IMG/VR virus record: IMGVR_UViG_3300031963_000105
Direction: 5' to 3' (one strand)
DNA: 64,000 nucleotides
Source of the DNA: a virus
Below the pieces are notes generated by a model. It was given only the letters and a program-made list of their open reading frames with translations, did no database searches and was not told the DNA's origin. A program made the position numbers and the translations under genes. Positions 19,829 through 29,992 of this stretch are shown here, in pieces (position 1 is the first letter of the stretch; each line of letters starts with the position of its first letter).

Positions 19829-19856
19829 TTGATTTTTAAAGGTAATATACTAAGAT
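19829..19856 (+). promoter_or_regulatory. sigma70-like promoter for dNMP kinase
   Basis: TTGATT-16 nt-TAAGAT. Confidence 0.45.
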
Positions 19857-19865
19857 AGTATCTTT

Positions 19866-20450
19866 ATGAATTATCCGATAATAGGGATTTCTGGAGCAGC
19901 AAGATCTGGAAAAGATACTTTATGTAAAGCACTTATAAGATTTTTTAAAACCAAAAACATAAAAGCCGAAAGAAAATCAATAGCAGGAGATACGGTAAAA
20001 GGAGATTTAAAAAATATTATAGGTAAAAAATTGAAAATAGATACCTTTACCGAAGATTCAAATATAAAAACTTTAATTAGACCTTTACTCGTTGAGTATG
20101 GAAAGTTGATGAGAAATAAAACTGAAGGTAGATACTTTATAGAAAAATTTAAAAAATCTCAAAATAATATAACTATTATTCCAGACATAAGATATGCCGA
20201 ATATAAAAAAGATGAATTGTTTTGGTTAAAAAAAGAACAACATGGTTTTCTAATTTTTATAAAACATGAATATGTTTTAGATGCTAATGAAACGGAAAAA
20301 ATAAACAATAAAGTAATTAAAAAAGATTGTGATTATTTTTTAAAATGGTCTACTTTATGTGAAGAAAATCCAATAGATTTAGAAAAAATAAATTCTATAG
20401 CAGAAAAAATAGGAACATTATATTTAAAAAAATTTACCACTTTCCAATAG
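19866..20450 (+). CDS. 1: Deoxynucleoside monophosphate kinase (T4 gp1-like)
   Basis: IIGISGAARSGKDT P-loop, IRPLLVEYG, IIPDIRY; near gene 3 as in T4. Confidence 0.85.
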   Translation: MNYPIIGISGAARSGKDTLCKALIRFFKTKNIKAERKSIAGDTVKGDLKNIIGKKLKIDTFTEDSNIKTLIRPLLVEYGKLMRNKTEGRYFIEKFKKSQNNITIIPDIRYAEYKKDELFWLKKEQHGFLIFIKHEYVLDANETEKINNKVIKKDCDYFLKWSTLCEENPIDLEKINSIAEKIGTLYLKKFTTFQ

Positions 20451-20745
20451 GACAGTTTGATGCTTTTAAATAAGTTTTAATGGCCATATTACATCCACAC
20501 TTTGTACATCTTTCGGCTCCTCTATCGAAAAATTCACACGAACCGCATATAGATTTTCTATGGTTTATAACAGCATCTGAAGCGTTAATAGGATTGCCTT
20601 GAGAAATACTTTTAACGTTTCTAACAACATCCTTTGTCAAATTTTTAACCATTTGAAAATTTGAAGGATAATTTTTTTTGTTAGAATTTTGCAATTCTCT
20701 TATTTTATTTTCTTGAATTTTTTGTTTTAAAAAATCTTTATTCAT
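20434..20745 (-). CDS. Small Cys-rich zinc-binding protein (DUF6171-like)
   Basis: RKSICGSCEFF...RCTKCGCNMAIKT...CPIGKW pattern. Confidence 0.65.
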   Translation of the reverse strand: MNKDFLKQKIQENKIRELQNSNKKNYPSNFQMVKNLTKDVVRNVKSISQGNPINASDAVINHRKSICGSCEFFDRGAERCTKCGCNMAIKTYLKASNCPIGKW

Positions 20746-20747
20746 AA

Positions 20748-22343
20748 TTAAGCATTGTATTTTTCGTCTTTTATTTCAAAAATTTTACTATGAGAATCTA
20801 CTTTATTAGCTACTATAACATTTGAATATAGTTCTTTGCTAAATTTATGTTCAACCTCAACCATCATCCACTGACCTAAAAACTTATCCCAAAAGTCATT
20901 TTGATATTCATCAGAATGTACGCTTTCTAATGTGAAAAAATTACCGGGTGCTCTAAATGTAAGACCATAAGTTTGAAATACTAACGCTTGATTTAAAAAC
21001 ACAAAATCCTTTAACATTTGAATTTGCGGTAAATTCTTTGGTATTTCTTTCACCGCTGAAAATACATTTTTTAAAGCGGAGTTTTGTTGTTTAATTTTGT
21101 TAATCTTTAAAAGAACTTGGCCGTTATTTGAATTCAAATTATGAAGACCAGAAACCATTTCTTTTACTTTATTTTCAAAATCGTTTATAGTATTATCTTT
21201 AAATAAAATATTAAATTCTCCTGTTGAAAAATCAAAATAATGTTGAGGAGAGCTTACTAAATTTCTGTCGTCTATATTAGACATTGGACAAAATTGGTAT
21301 GATGTTACTTTAGATGCAATTCCAGATGTAAAATTTTTTAAAGAATTTTGTGGTTCTTTATCAAAATCTGGTCCTCTAGAAACCCATTTTCCTTTTTCTA
21401 AAGATGCATCTTTAGTATCATAAAATACAAATCTTTCTTTTTGGTTTTTTGCGGAATCGTCAAAATATCTTTTTAATGAAACTAATTTAAATTTTTTATC
21501 CTCTGATGATCTTCCTATATTTAATATAACAGGAAATCCTTTTTCGTCGCAGCAATAAGGAAGAACATTCTCAATGTCATCAGATATATTATTAGAAGCA
21601 TATGAAGTATAAAATATTTTATTATCATCACTTCCATTATTCCAATTATCATTATCTATAGAAATAGCATCTTGATCTGGTTTGTCTATAGAACCGTTTT
21701 TTAAATAACCAATTTTTATATTAGTTTCATCTGGATATAATGCTGCTTTTTCTAATAATTTTTTTATAGCTACATTAGGATTAAGCTGCCTATCAGACTC
21801 GCTTAAAAATTGTTGAATGTTGTTCATTTCTTTAGCTATTAAAGCTGTAGACCACTCTAAATTTCTTTCTAAGAATAATTGATATCTTTCATCCCATAAA
21901 TAATATGTTTTAAATTTTTTCTCTGCATTGTCAGTTGGTTGATCTTGAACATCATAAACTACAAAATCAAAACATAATTCAAAATCTTTTAAATTTTCAG
22001 ATATAAATTCATTTTCGCTTTTATTATTTGGATTTACAGGATGTAATCTTACGCAAAATTTATTTCTACCATCCGGTCTATCAGTCATTAAATTTTCAGC
22101 ACTTTTCTTTTCTCCTGTTTTATCTTTATATGTTGATCCTTTTTCTAAAAACTGAAAATCGTTTTGTAATGTTATGTAACCAGTAGCCCACCATTGATTT
22201 AAATTTTCTTTTATAGAAAGTTCTTCAACTATATTCATCGGTATGAATACAGGATTTTTTATTCCATTATAAAAACATATTTCTACATAATAAAACTGAG
22301 TACCAATTTGATATATATAACCTTTTCCGCTATCAGTATTCAT
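20748..22343 (-). CDS. Baseplate hub protein (gp27/gpD-like)
   Basis: SIKENL..W.TGYITLQND near the N-terminus; C-terminal FRAPG...GQWMMVEVEHKF typical of hub proteins; tail operon position. Confidence 0.6.
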   Translation of the reverse strand: MNTDSGKGYIYQIGTQFYYVEICFYNGIKNPVFIPMNIVEELSIKENLNQWWATGYITLQNDFQFLEKGSTYKDKTGEKKSAENLMTDRPDGRNKFCVRLHPVNPNNKSENEFISENLKDFELCFDFVVYDVQDQPTDNAEKKFKTYYLWDERYQLFLERNLEWSTALIAKEMNNIQQFLSESDRQLNPNVAIKKLLEKAALYPDETNIKIGYLKNGSIDKPDQDAISIDNDNWNNGSDDNKIFYTSYASNNISDDIENVLPYCCDEKGFPVILNIGRSSEDKKFKLVSLKRYFDDSAKNQKERFVFYDTKDASLEKGKWVSRGPDFDKEPQNSLKNFTSGIASKVTSYQFCPMSNIDDRNLVSSPQHYFDFSTGEFNILFKDNTINDFENKVKEMVSGLHNLNSNNGQVLLKINKIKQQNSALKNVFSAVKEIPKNLPQIQMLKDFVFLNQALVFQTYGLTFRAPGNFFTLESVHSDEYQNDFWDKFLGQWMMVEVEHKFSKELYSNVIVANKVDSHSKIFEIKDEKYNA

Positions 22344-22349
22344 ATAATT

Positions 22350-22958
22350 TTAACACAAATTATCATTTACATTTTTAAGTAAATCTACGTGTAATTGATT
22401 AAATGCAAATGAAACATTACACACTATTTCATTAGCAGTCTGATTATCAAATGATATTTCACCCAAAGAAATTGGAAATGCATTTGTATAAGAAAATGAT
22501 ATAATCTTATTATTATATTCATCAATTCCAAATATAGAAATTTTTGAAGTAAAATCTACCATAGGATTTTTTAAATATATAGGTTCATCATTTAAAACTG
22601 GAACGTTTATAGATTCTGTTAATTTTGTTTTTGATTGTTTAAAATCATTAAATAAATTTAACCATTTCCATAAAACCCAATAATTTTTATATCCATTATC
22701 AACTAAAAATTTTATATTCAAGTCGTTGTATGATGGTCTACTTAAAGATGATGATTTATATACCTGACCTCCGTATGGAATTTCTATAGCTGGTATTTTT
22801 ATATCAGGAACTGGAGAACCAAATATAGTGAATTGTATACTATCTGCTCTATTTTCAGATTGTAAAACTCTATCATAAGTATCCTTTAACATTTTTGGTA
22901 TATCAACAACCAAAATAAATTTATCACTTCTAGATCTGTTTAATGCGGATTGATACAT
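22350..22958 (-). CDS. 3: Tail completion/tube terminator (gp3-like)
   Basis: Tube-fold motifs PVPDIKIP, YNDLNIKFLVDNGYKNY..LWKW, AFPISLGEISFD. Confidence 0.7.
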   Translation of the reverse strand: MYQSALNRSRSDKFILVVDIPKMLKDTYDRVLQSENRADSIQFTIFGSPVPDIKIPAIEIPYGGQVYKSSSLSRPSYNDLNIKFLVDNGYKNYWVLWKWLNLFNDFKQSKTKLTESINVPVLNDEPIYLKNPMVDFTSKISIFGIDEYNNKIISFSYTNAFPISLGEISFDNQTANEIVCNVSFAFNQLHVDLLKNVNDNLC

Positions 22959-22959
22959 A

Positions 22960-24819
22960 TTAAAATATTATAGGACAAAATGTTTCATTTATATTTACTT
23001 TTTCTTCTTGTTTTAAGTCTTGTTTATTATTTTTTTGATTCCCCCAGCCGAGCAACCAACTTTTAAGTTCACTTTCATCATCAATCGTTGCAACTTTTTC
23101 AATATCAATTGGTCCCACGTGAGAAAACGAAGCATTAACCTGAGTTGCTGTTTTTTTAAAGTGCGACATTCTACCTTCAAACAACGGACTTTTTTTAATT
23201 AAATCGGAATTGTCATTTAACGGTGTTATTCGAAGTGGACGACCTTGATCATCCACATCTGCTATAATGTAATACTTTTCAGCGACCGAAGGATCTAATA
23301 TAAATAAAGCCCATATCATAGACATAACTCTATCATCTCTATCCGTATCTTTTCTTTTGCTGAATGTAAAGTTTGGAAGTTTAACAAAAGTTTCTAATTC
23401 CAATAATGTGTCTAAGTCATTATACTTAACAGCATTTAAACTGTTAGACCAATATCTAAAATTTACAACACCTTTATATTTTGTATTTGTATGATTATAA
23501 ATACCAAGTCTATTTTCTTTATTATAAAATTTACTTCCTTGTATATCATACGAAACTATAGATTCATAGTTATGTGTATGATGTAAAACGTCCAATACTT
23601 GCTGTCCGTTATTATTATTTTCTACTAATACTGGAGGTCTTCCCCAATCTTCTAATATACCCATTAATCTTGTTCCAAAATGATAAGGACTTATTGTATT
23701 GGACGCAAACACTGCAACTTGTTCTATTTTAGTTAAATCTTGTATATTTAATATTTGTGCTACGGTATTACTTCTACCTATTCCTTCTCCAACGTCTACA
23801 CCAACAACATATATACCATCTGGAGACGGAGTGCTATATATTCTATATGCTCCATCATCCATTACGTATATAGGCTCTCTACATTGAGATTGTAATTGTT
23901 TTAATAAGTCTGGATCTATAGCGGTTTTACCCGGCTCATGAAATTTATTGCAATATTCTTGCTCAAAATCATCCATGTTATTATTCAATAAACTTAACGT
24001 TTCTCTTTTCCAATCTTCATCTCTACCCGGAACGTCATACCAGTTAACAGTTTCTAGATGCCAAGAACTTTTTTCTTTTTGCGATTCTTTATAAAGTTCG
24101 TAAAATTTATTATCAGTTCCATTTGGCGTTGATATAACAACGATTTGAGATTTTTTTGATGATGAAATAATAGGAATAGCACTCTTCCAAAGTTCTTGCA
24201 TAACCTCATTTGGACAGTGAGCCATCTCATCAATGATCAATAGATTTGATGTGCTACCTCTAGGACCAGATGATGAGGATGTACTAACTTTTATTTCAGA
24301 ATCATTACCAAGTTGAAATCCATCTTTTCTCCAAGACTTAACACTCGGTTTCATCCAAACTGGAAGTTCTTCAAATGACATTTTAATTCTAGAAAATATT
24401 TCTTTTGCCGTTGATTCTTTATTAGCTACAATTGTTATTCTTTTATCAGCTTGAAAACAAACTATCCATAAAGCATAAATTGTTATAGTTGTAGTTTTTC
24501 CAGATTGTCTACTGGATAAAATAATATTAAATCTATTATCTCTAAATGCTCTTAAAAGTTTTTTTTGGTATTTATATAATTCTATTTTTTTCTTACCATC
24601 ATCTATAGTATTTATGAAAAAGTAGTTTTCCGCAAAATGCAAAATATTTTTTGCGCATTTTTCGAACTCTTCTATCATCTCTGGGTTCCATTTTATTTGT
24701 GCATCTCCGCGCAATAAATTTTCGTTACCTTTATAAAATGATGCATCAACTAAAATATCTTTTTTATCTAAATTAGATAGATCTACTTTTTCAGTTATTT
24801 CTTTTTTTCTTCGACCCAT
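22960..24819 (-). CDS. 17: Terminase large subunit (gp17)
   Basis: YQKKLL, Walker A SRQSGKTT, Walker B LLIIDEMAH, ISTPNG, nuclease motifs GVDVGEG and DDRVMS. Confidence 0.96.
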   Translation of the reverse strand: MGRRKKEITEKVDLSNLDKKDILVDASFYKGNENLLRGDAQIKWNPEMIEEFEKCAKNILHFAENYFFINTIDDGKKKIELYKYQKKLLRAFRDNRFNIILSSRQSGKTTTITIYALWIVCFQADKRITIVANKESTAKEIFSRIKMSFEELPVWMKPSVKSWRKDGFQLGNDSEIKVSTSSSSGPRGSTSNLLIIDEMAHCPNEVMQELWKSAIPIISSSKKSQIVVISTPNGTDNKFYELYKESQKEKSSWHLETVNWYDVPGRDEDWKRETLSLLNNNMDDFEQEYCNKFHEPGKTAIDPDLLKQLQSQCREPIYVMDDGAYRIYSTPSPDGIYVVGVDVGEGIGRSNTVAQILNIQDLTKIEQVAVFASNTISPYHFGTRLMGILEDWGRPPVLVENNNNGQQVLDVLHHTHNYESIVSYDIQGSKFYNKENRLGIYNHTNTKYKGVVNFRYWSNSLNAVKYNDLDTLLELETFVKLPNFTFSKRKDTDRDDRVMSMIWALFILDPSVAEKYYIIADVDDQGRPLRITPLNDNSDLIKKSPLFEGRMSHFKKTATQVNASFSHVGPIDIEKVATIDDESELKSWLLGWGNQKNNKQDLKQEEKVNINETFCPIIF

Positions 24820-24825
24820 AAGTTC

Positions 24826-24839
24826 AATAAATATTTATA
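24826..24839. promoter_or_regulatory. Back-to-back late promoters (AATAAATA on +, TATAAATA on -)
   Basis: Palindrome ATAAATATTTAT (24827-24838) between divergent gene 17 and the ORF at 24855. Confidence 0.6.
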
Positions 24840-24854
24840 CAACATACTTAAAAA

Positions 24855-25241
24855 ATGAATACTAATGATGAATTTATAAATTTAGGAAGACAAGATAAGG
24901 CATATACTTACATAAGTAAATGGAAACTCCTTAAGCTTGATGTTGTAGACCCAAATGGTATTTGGAGTAAAATACAAAAAAAATTAAAAGATCTTAAAGA
25001 TGATGATAAATTAGAAGTATTCACACAAGATCAAATAAGAAAATTTTTCTTAACACGTCCAGAGATAGATATGGAAATAAATTTCTTTTCGGATTTGATG
25101 CCAAGTTGTTTAGTTTTTAAATATAAAAGAAGAATCTATTGTTATACATACGGCAAAGTAAAAAGAAAAAACGGTAGAAAAATAACCGCTAGATTTTATT
25201 TTGATTTAAATAAAGTTTTATCTCTTAACTTGCCTATTTAA
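24855..25241 (+). CDS. Hypothetical protein
   Basis: 128-aa ORF divergent from gene 17, convergent with gp53. Confidence 0.6.
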   Translation: MNTNDEFINLGRQDKAYTYISKWKLLKLDVVDPNGIWSKIQKKLKDLKDDDKLEVFTQDQIRKFFLTRPEIDMEINFFSDLMPSCLVFKYKRRIYCYTYGKVKRKNGRKITARFYFDLNKVLSLNLPI

Positions 25242-25571
25242 TTCATCTAGTATTATACTAAGATATTCGTTTTTAAGTAGTTTTAATTTAGTACCCGGTT
25301 CTGGCATTTTAGTTGGGTCTTTTATTTGATTATATTCACATACAAGCCACCATAAATTCATATTATTGTAATATTTATATGATATAAAAATCCAAGTGTC
25401 TTTTGGTTTTACTACATATTCTTCTTCTACAGAAGTTTCATTTGCTGGTATTATGTTTATGTTTTTTAATAAATTATAAAATAAAAATCCATCATCATCT
25501 TGATATAAATTGAAAAAATTTTCATATCTAGTATATGCTAATTTGTTTGGGTTTTTTATTGGACCGTTCAT
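25218..25571 (-). CDS. 53: Baseplate wedge protein (gp53/LysM-like)
   Basis: YVVKPKDTWIFISYKYYNNMNLWWLVCEYNQIKDP...PGTKLKL. Confidence 0.8.
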   Translation of the reverse strand: MNGPIKNPNKLAYTRYENFFNLYQDDDGFLFYNLLKNINIIPANETSVEEEYVVKPKDTWIFISYKYYNNMNLWWLVCEYNQIKDPTKMPEPGTKLKLLKNEYLSIILDELNRQVKR

Positions 25572-25574
25572 ATA

Positions 25575-26849
25575 TTATAATTTTAATTGAGCTTTAGCCA
25601 TATTTATTTTTTGAGTAGCTTCAGCATAAGCCCTCCCATTTGGATCAAGAGAAGGAAGTATAGCAGTATATTGATCTACAGTATTTTGTAAATTAGCTCT
25701 ATTATTATCATAAGTTCTTGTGTCTACTTCTTTAGCAAATTCTACTGCATTAATTTCTGCTTTTGTTTTTGGTGTTGCGTTTGGAAATTGTTCTGTTAGC
25801 TGTTGTGTATTTTGAGCTTCCGATGTTTTTTGAGCTTCCGGTGTTTTTTTTATCTCGTTTTCTCTTTTTCTGTTAAAGTCTTCAAATTCACGAATTAAAC
25901 TTCCGGCATCAGAAACTTCAATTCTATCTCCTCCTATACTTCCAGCAAATATATTTGAACTGTTTTGAACAAGTTCCATGAAAGTAATATTAACTTTATA
26001 TGCTTCTGGCATTAATATTTCTGGAACACCAAACTCTCTAAATTCTATCATTCTTCTAGTTGTTCCTATACAATCAACTTGTAAATTTTGAACTATAGAA
26101 ACTGGAGAATATATTCCACCTTGAGTTTCTCCATAATCTAAACGATATATTTTAGGAGGAATGTAAGTTGCTAAAGACGTTCTGGTTTTTAAATTTTGAA
26201 ATATAAAAAGATTTATAAAACAATAGTTGTTATATGCAGATTCTATTGAAAATGTGTTATATAAAGGAAATGAAATATTAAATGTTCTAGGTGCGGTTCC
26301 AGAGTAGTTATATACATCATCAAACCCAAATCCCGGAGTTGCCATTCCTACAGCAAAACTAACTCCAGCCTCCAACATAGCTTCTCCTGTTCCTCCGGAT
26401 GATTTTCCATCAGCTAACTTATTAATCATGTTTTGAGGGCCAGACGTAATAGTTTGCCAGTTGTTATTAACCGAATATAAATTATTATTACTTAAAAGAT
26501 GAGGAAATACATATTTAAATCCTGTAGGTTCTGAAGCATATAGTTGTGGATATATATCACCGCCTCCTTTTGGATCTCCTGCAATTCCGTTTAATGTACC
26601 TCCTATTGATTGAACTAATGATAATAAACTTGTAGTGTATGTACCATAGGTTAATTCTCTTTCATAAGCATATATTCTTGGTACTTCTTGTGTAGATCCT
26701 TTATTCTTCCAATCAAAATTATCACATATGTTTATTACAGAAGAACCACCCTTTGGAATAGCTTTTAAATATGGTTGAGCTATTTTTTTATTAAAAACGC
26801 TAAAGCTTATTTCTTTAACATCAAAAAATTTATTGTTGGGTTTACTCAT
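25575..26849 (-). CDS. Baseplate tail-tube cap (gp48-like)
   Basis: PRTFNISFPLY..., YIPPKIY..., NLQVD tube-fold pattern; adjacent to gp53 and the tape measure. Confidence 0.5.
   Translation of the reverse strand: MSKPNNKFFDVKEISFSVFNKKIAQPYLKAIPKGGSSVINICDNFDWKNKGSTQEVPRIYAYERELTYGTYTTSLLSLVQSIGGTLNGIAGDPKGGGDIYPQLYASEPTGFKYVFPHLLSNNNLYSVNNNWQTITSGPQNMINKLADGKSSGGTGEAMLEAGVSFAVGMATPGFGFDDVYNYSGTAPRTFNISFPLYNTFSIESAYNNYCFINLFIFQNLKTRTSLATYIPPKIYRLDYGETQGGIYSPVSIVQNLQVDCIGTTRRMIEFREFGVPEILMPEAYKVNITFMELVQNSSNIFAGSIGGDRIEVSDAGSLIREFEDFNRKRENEIKKTPEAQKTSEAQNTQQLTEQFPNATPKTKAEINAVEFAKEVDTRTYDNNRANLQNTVDQYTAILPSLDPNGRAYAEATQKINMAKAQLKL
25811..25846. repeat. 18-bp in-frame tandem duplication
   Basis: TTTGAGCTTCCGATGTTT / TTTGAGCTTCCGGTGTTT (KTPEAQ / KTSEAQ). 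Confidence 0.8.
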
Positions 26850-26850
26850 A

Positions 26851-29112
26851 TTATATTATTCTTAATGGAGACTGAATATAAGATGTTCTACTTCTAAGTA
26901 TAGGATCTGATACATTCATTGTAAATTTATTTTGATTTGCTCCTGCATTACTAATATTTACGACAGAATTATTACTTGTTTTTTGTTGTGATAATAATGT
27001 TTTGGATAGTTCTCCAAATTGTTTAGCCATAATTTCAAAATTAGATATTAAATTTTTATTCATCTGCTCAAAAACACCATCTGGTTTAGCCGCCATTATT
27101 TTAAATTGATCGTCAGGAGCAAATTTAGCTATTGTATTATTTCCTACTTTTAATTTTGGAGTATAATCAATTTCTCCATCTTGAACTTCAGTAATAACGC
27201 GATTAGATTGTAATGCATTAGGCCATGCGCTTCTATCATCACTTTCTGGTCCTCTAATTCTAGCACCAGATTCTTCCAATAATTTTAATTTTTCTTTAAG
27301 ATCATTTAGTTGTTTTTCTTTTTCTAAAGATACTTCTTTAGAAGAAGTAAAATCAATGATTTCTTTTCTAGTTTTTGCTGCTTCTTCATTTAATTTTGTT
27401 ATAGCAGAATATCTTTCAGTTTTTGGTTTAGATGTATCAAAAAATTGACTTTCATTTTTTTGAATATCAAATTCCGACTTTTGAACATCAAATTCCGACT
27501 TTTGAACATCAAATTCCGACTCTGGTTTAGAATCCCATCCCATTGTTTTAGCTACTAAATTATATAACCAATTTGGAAGATATTTTTTCATAAACGTTTT
27601 TGTACTTTCTTGCCAAAATTTACCCATGTCTAATTTAGACTGTCCAGTTTTTGTTTCTACTTTTACGTTTTCTTCAAATAAAGGAAGAAGAAAAGATGAC
27701 ATGAATGACAATGGACTATCATTTAATGTTTTAAGACCTTTAACGGCTTTTCCTGTATCTCCAGACATTAATCCCGTAACATAATCCCAAAGACCACTTC
27801 CCATATTTGAAATGCTTTTAATTATTGGATTATTTAATAATGCTTTTCCTATAGTTTTTGGTAAGTTTTTTAACCAATCTGCATTTTGTTTTTCTTTTTT
27901 TGTGTCTTCGTCTGTTTTCGTTATGTCCAAGTATGCGTTTAATGCTAATGCACCCCAACTTAAAGCTGCTCCGAGAGGACCAGAAACGGGAGTTATAAAG
28001 CTTCCGAATGCACCGAGTACGTCTATCAAAGCACCTCTAAAATCTCCATTTTTAAATCTATCCCAAGCAAACCCTAAACTTATGATACCACCTATCAGCG
28101 GTATAAATCTAACCATTTGTAGAAGTTTACCGCCAACCTTTGCTAACAATCCGGGCATAAATTTCTTACCAGCAGCTTCTCCTCCCTCTGCCAGTGTGGT
28201 TGATGCGGCTTTTCCCCCACCTCCCGTTATGAAATTGAATACTCCCTTTATCATTCCTTGAGCAAAGTCTTCTATAGTTTTAAATACAACACCACCTATA
28301 TTCAACCCTTTTGCCGCAAAAGTATATATAGTTTTTTCGAGAGCATTAAACGTACCCTTTAATCTATCCATGAAATCAAACTTTTCTTCTAAAAACGGTC
28401 TTATATAATCACCCCAAAATGCAGCTAAAACCCCTCCGGTTACTATATAACCCAATAAATCTAAAAGAGAATTTGAACCTTCCTTTTCTTTATCTTCTGG
28501 TTGTTTTTCCGATTGTTTTTGTTTTTCTGTTTTTTCTTTTAATTCAAAATATTTTCCAAAAAGATCACTCAAAAATTTATTTGTATTTTCACTAAATTCT
28601 ATAATAGAAGTTTCTTTACCCAAACCTCTTTGTTCTTGTATGTTGTTTTGATTTTTGTTTTTTTCACCAGTCTGTTGTTTATCATTTTTTATTTCTGGAG
28701 AAACTTCTGTATTGTTTTCGTTTAATGTTGGAGGAGCTTGTTTAGGTTGTTCGGGCGTTGATGTTGTTGATTTAGTATTAACGTCATCATCGTCTTTTTT
28801 ATTTAAACTTTCAGTAGCTTTTCTTAGTTGTTTTCTTAACTTGTTTTTATATTCCTTATATTCATCTCTTAAAGAATCGGGATCTCTTAACAAGCCAGAT
28901 AAACCTAGAGGATCAAATATTCTTTTTATGTCCTGAGTTTTTATATTATCTAATTGATTTTTAAACTTATCCAAGAAATTTTTCTTAAACGATCTTCTTA
29001 AATCATCAATATCGTTTTGAGTATCAAATAACAACATTTCCGCAAATTCTTTTGCAGTTAAAGAACCCTCAATGTTGAGTTTATTTAATAATTCTTCAGA
29101 CAATTCAGCCAT
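26851..29112 (-). CDS. Tape measure protein (gp29-like)
   Basis: 753 aa, helical, with G/A-rich hydrophobic segments (FIPLIGGIISLGFAWDRF...GDFRGALIDVLGA); TATAAGTA box at 29119-29126. Confidence 0.7.
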   Translation of the reverse strand: MAELSEELLNKLNIEGSLTAKEFAEMLLFDTQNDIDDLRRSFKKNFLDKFKNQLDNIKTQDIKRIFDPLGLSGLLRDPDSLRDEYKEYKNKLRKQLRKATESLNKKDDDDVNTKSTTSTPEQPKQAPPTLNENNTEVSPEIKNDKQQTGEKNKNQNNIQEQRGLGKETSIIEFSENTNKFLSDLFGKYFELKEKTEKQKQSEKQPEDKEKEGSNSLLDLLGYIVTGGVLAAFWGDYIRPFLEEKFDFMDRLKGTFNALEKTIYTFAAKGLNIGGVVFKTIEDFAQGMIKGVFNFITGGGGKAASTTLAEGGEAAGKKFMPGLLAKVGGKLLQMVRFIPLIGGIISLGFAWDRFKNGDFRGALIDVLGAFGSFITPVSGPLGAALSWGALALNAYLDITKTDEDTKKEKQNADWLKNLPKTIGKALLNNPIIKSISNMGSGLWDYVTGLMSGDTGKAVKGLKTLNDSPLSFMSSFLLPLFEENVKVETKTGQSKLDMGKFWQESTKTFMKKYLPNWLYNLVAKTMGWDSKPESEFDVQKSEFDVQKSEFDIQKNESQFFDTSKPKTERYSAITKLNEEAAKTRKEIIDFTSSKEVSLEKEKQLNDLKEKLKLLEESGARIRGPESDDRSAWPNALQSNRVITEVQDGEIDYTPKLKVGNNTIAKFAPDDQFKIMAAKPDGVFEQMNKNLISNFEIMAKQFGELSKTLLSQQKTSNNSVVNISNAGANQNKFTMNVSDPILRSRTSYIQSPLRII
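27458..27520. repeat. 3 x 21-bp tandem repeat (SEFDVQK/SEFDIQK)
   Basis: TTTTGAAYATCAAATTCCGAC three times, in frame within the tape measure gene. Confidence 0.95.
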
Positions 29113-29147
29113 ATATAATACTTATACGGCTATAAAGATTTGATAAA

Positions 29148-29975
29148 TTAGTTTAAAAATAAAATACTATCTATTTTTATTACTCCGGTATACTCATCTT
29201 TCTTAACTGTTAAGATGTCATCCAATTTAAGTTTCCATTTTGAAATGGTTTCTATAATCTTTTGAAGTATTTTACTTGGTAATTTTTCAGTTATTTGTAT
29301 TTTTTGTTTTAGCGTTAAACCGCAAAAATCTATTTCATTTGATGAAACAAAAATTTTATTTATATATTTTGAAGATTCTGTTATAAACGCTTCAGTTACA
29401 ATATTTTTAACATCTTCTTCTGTTTTTATATCAGAAGATTTTTTAAAGATTTTAATTATATCATTATCATAATCAACTTCTTGTTTTATTGTTGGTAGTT
29501 TTATCAAAACATTTATAGATACGTTTTCGTTTGAAATTGAAATTTCATCTGTATCACTTTCAAGTTCAAAAGTTTTAAACTTTTCAACCACATCATTTAA
29601 ATCTATATCTTTTGTTATGTTATTGTTATTATCGAATAACATCTTATAAGAATTTGATATTCTGTTTCTTAAGTTTATTGCTATACAAGCTTTATCTATA
29701 ATAGTTAAATTATCTAAATCTTCTTTTTTAAATTCTTCACTTTCAATAAGATTGTTTTTAATGATTTCATAAAAAGAATTAGAAAAAAATGTATTATAAA
29801 TAGAATTTTCCATCGCAGCAGATAAAAGCATTTTTTGTTGTTTTCCTTCTATTTCTTTAAAATTTAGAAATGTTTTTAACGACGGAATCCAAATACTAAC
29901 TTTAAATGTTTCAGTTGCAGAATTTAATAAATTTATCGCTGAATTAAAATCAACTATTGTATTTTCTTCTATCAT
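29148..29975 (-). CDS. Baseplate hub assembly protein (gp26-like)
   Basis: IWIPSLKTFLNFKEIEGKQQKMLL resembles the gp26 N-terminal motif; IKLPTI central motif; TATAAATA at 29985-29992. Confidence 0.55.
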   Translation of the reverse strand: MIEENTIVDFNSAINLLNSATETFKVSIWIPSLKTFLNFKEIEGKQQKMLLSAAMENSIYNTFFSNSFYEIIKNNLIESEEFKKEDLDNLTIIDKACIAINLRNRISNSYKMLFDNNNNITKDIDLNDVVEKFKTFELESDTDEISISNENVSINVLIKLPTIKQEVDYDNDIIKIFKKSSDIKTEEDVKNIVTEAFITESSKYINKIFVSSNEIDFCGLTLKQKIQITEKLPSKILQKIIETISKWKLKLDDILTVKKDEYTGVIKIDSILFLN

Positions 29976-29992
29976 AATAAAAAGTATTTATA

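Noticed and set aside
24855-25241. The ORF beside the terminase as the small terminase subunit (gp16)
   Set aside because: It is on the opposite strand and lacks a recognisable gp16 helical/coiled-coil pattern.
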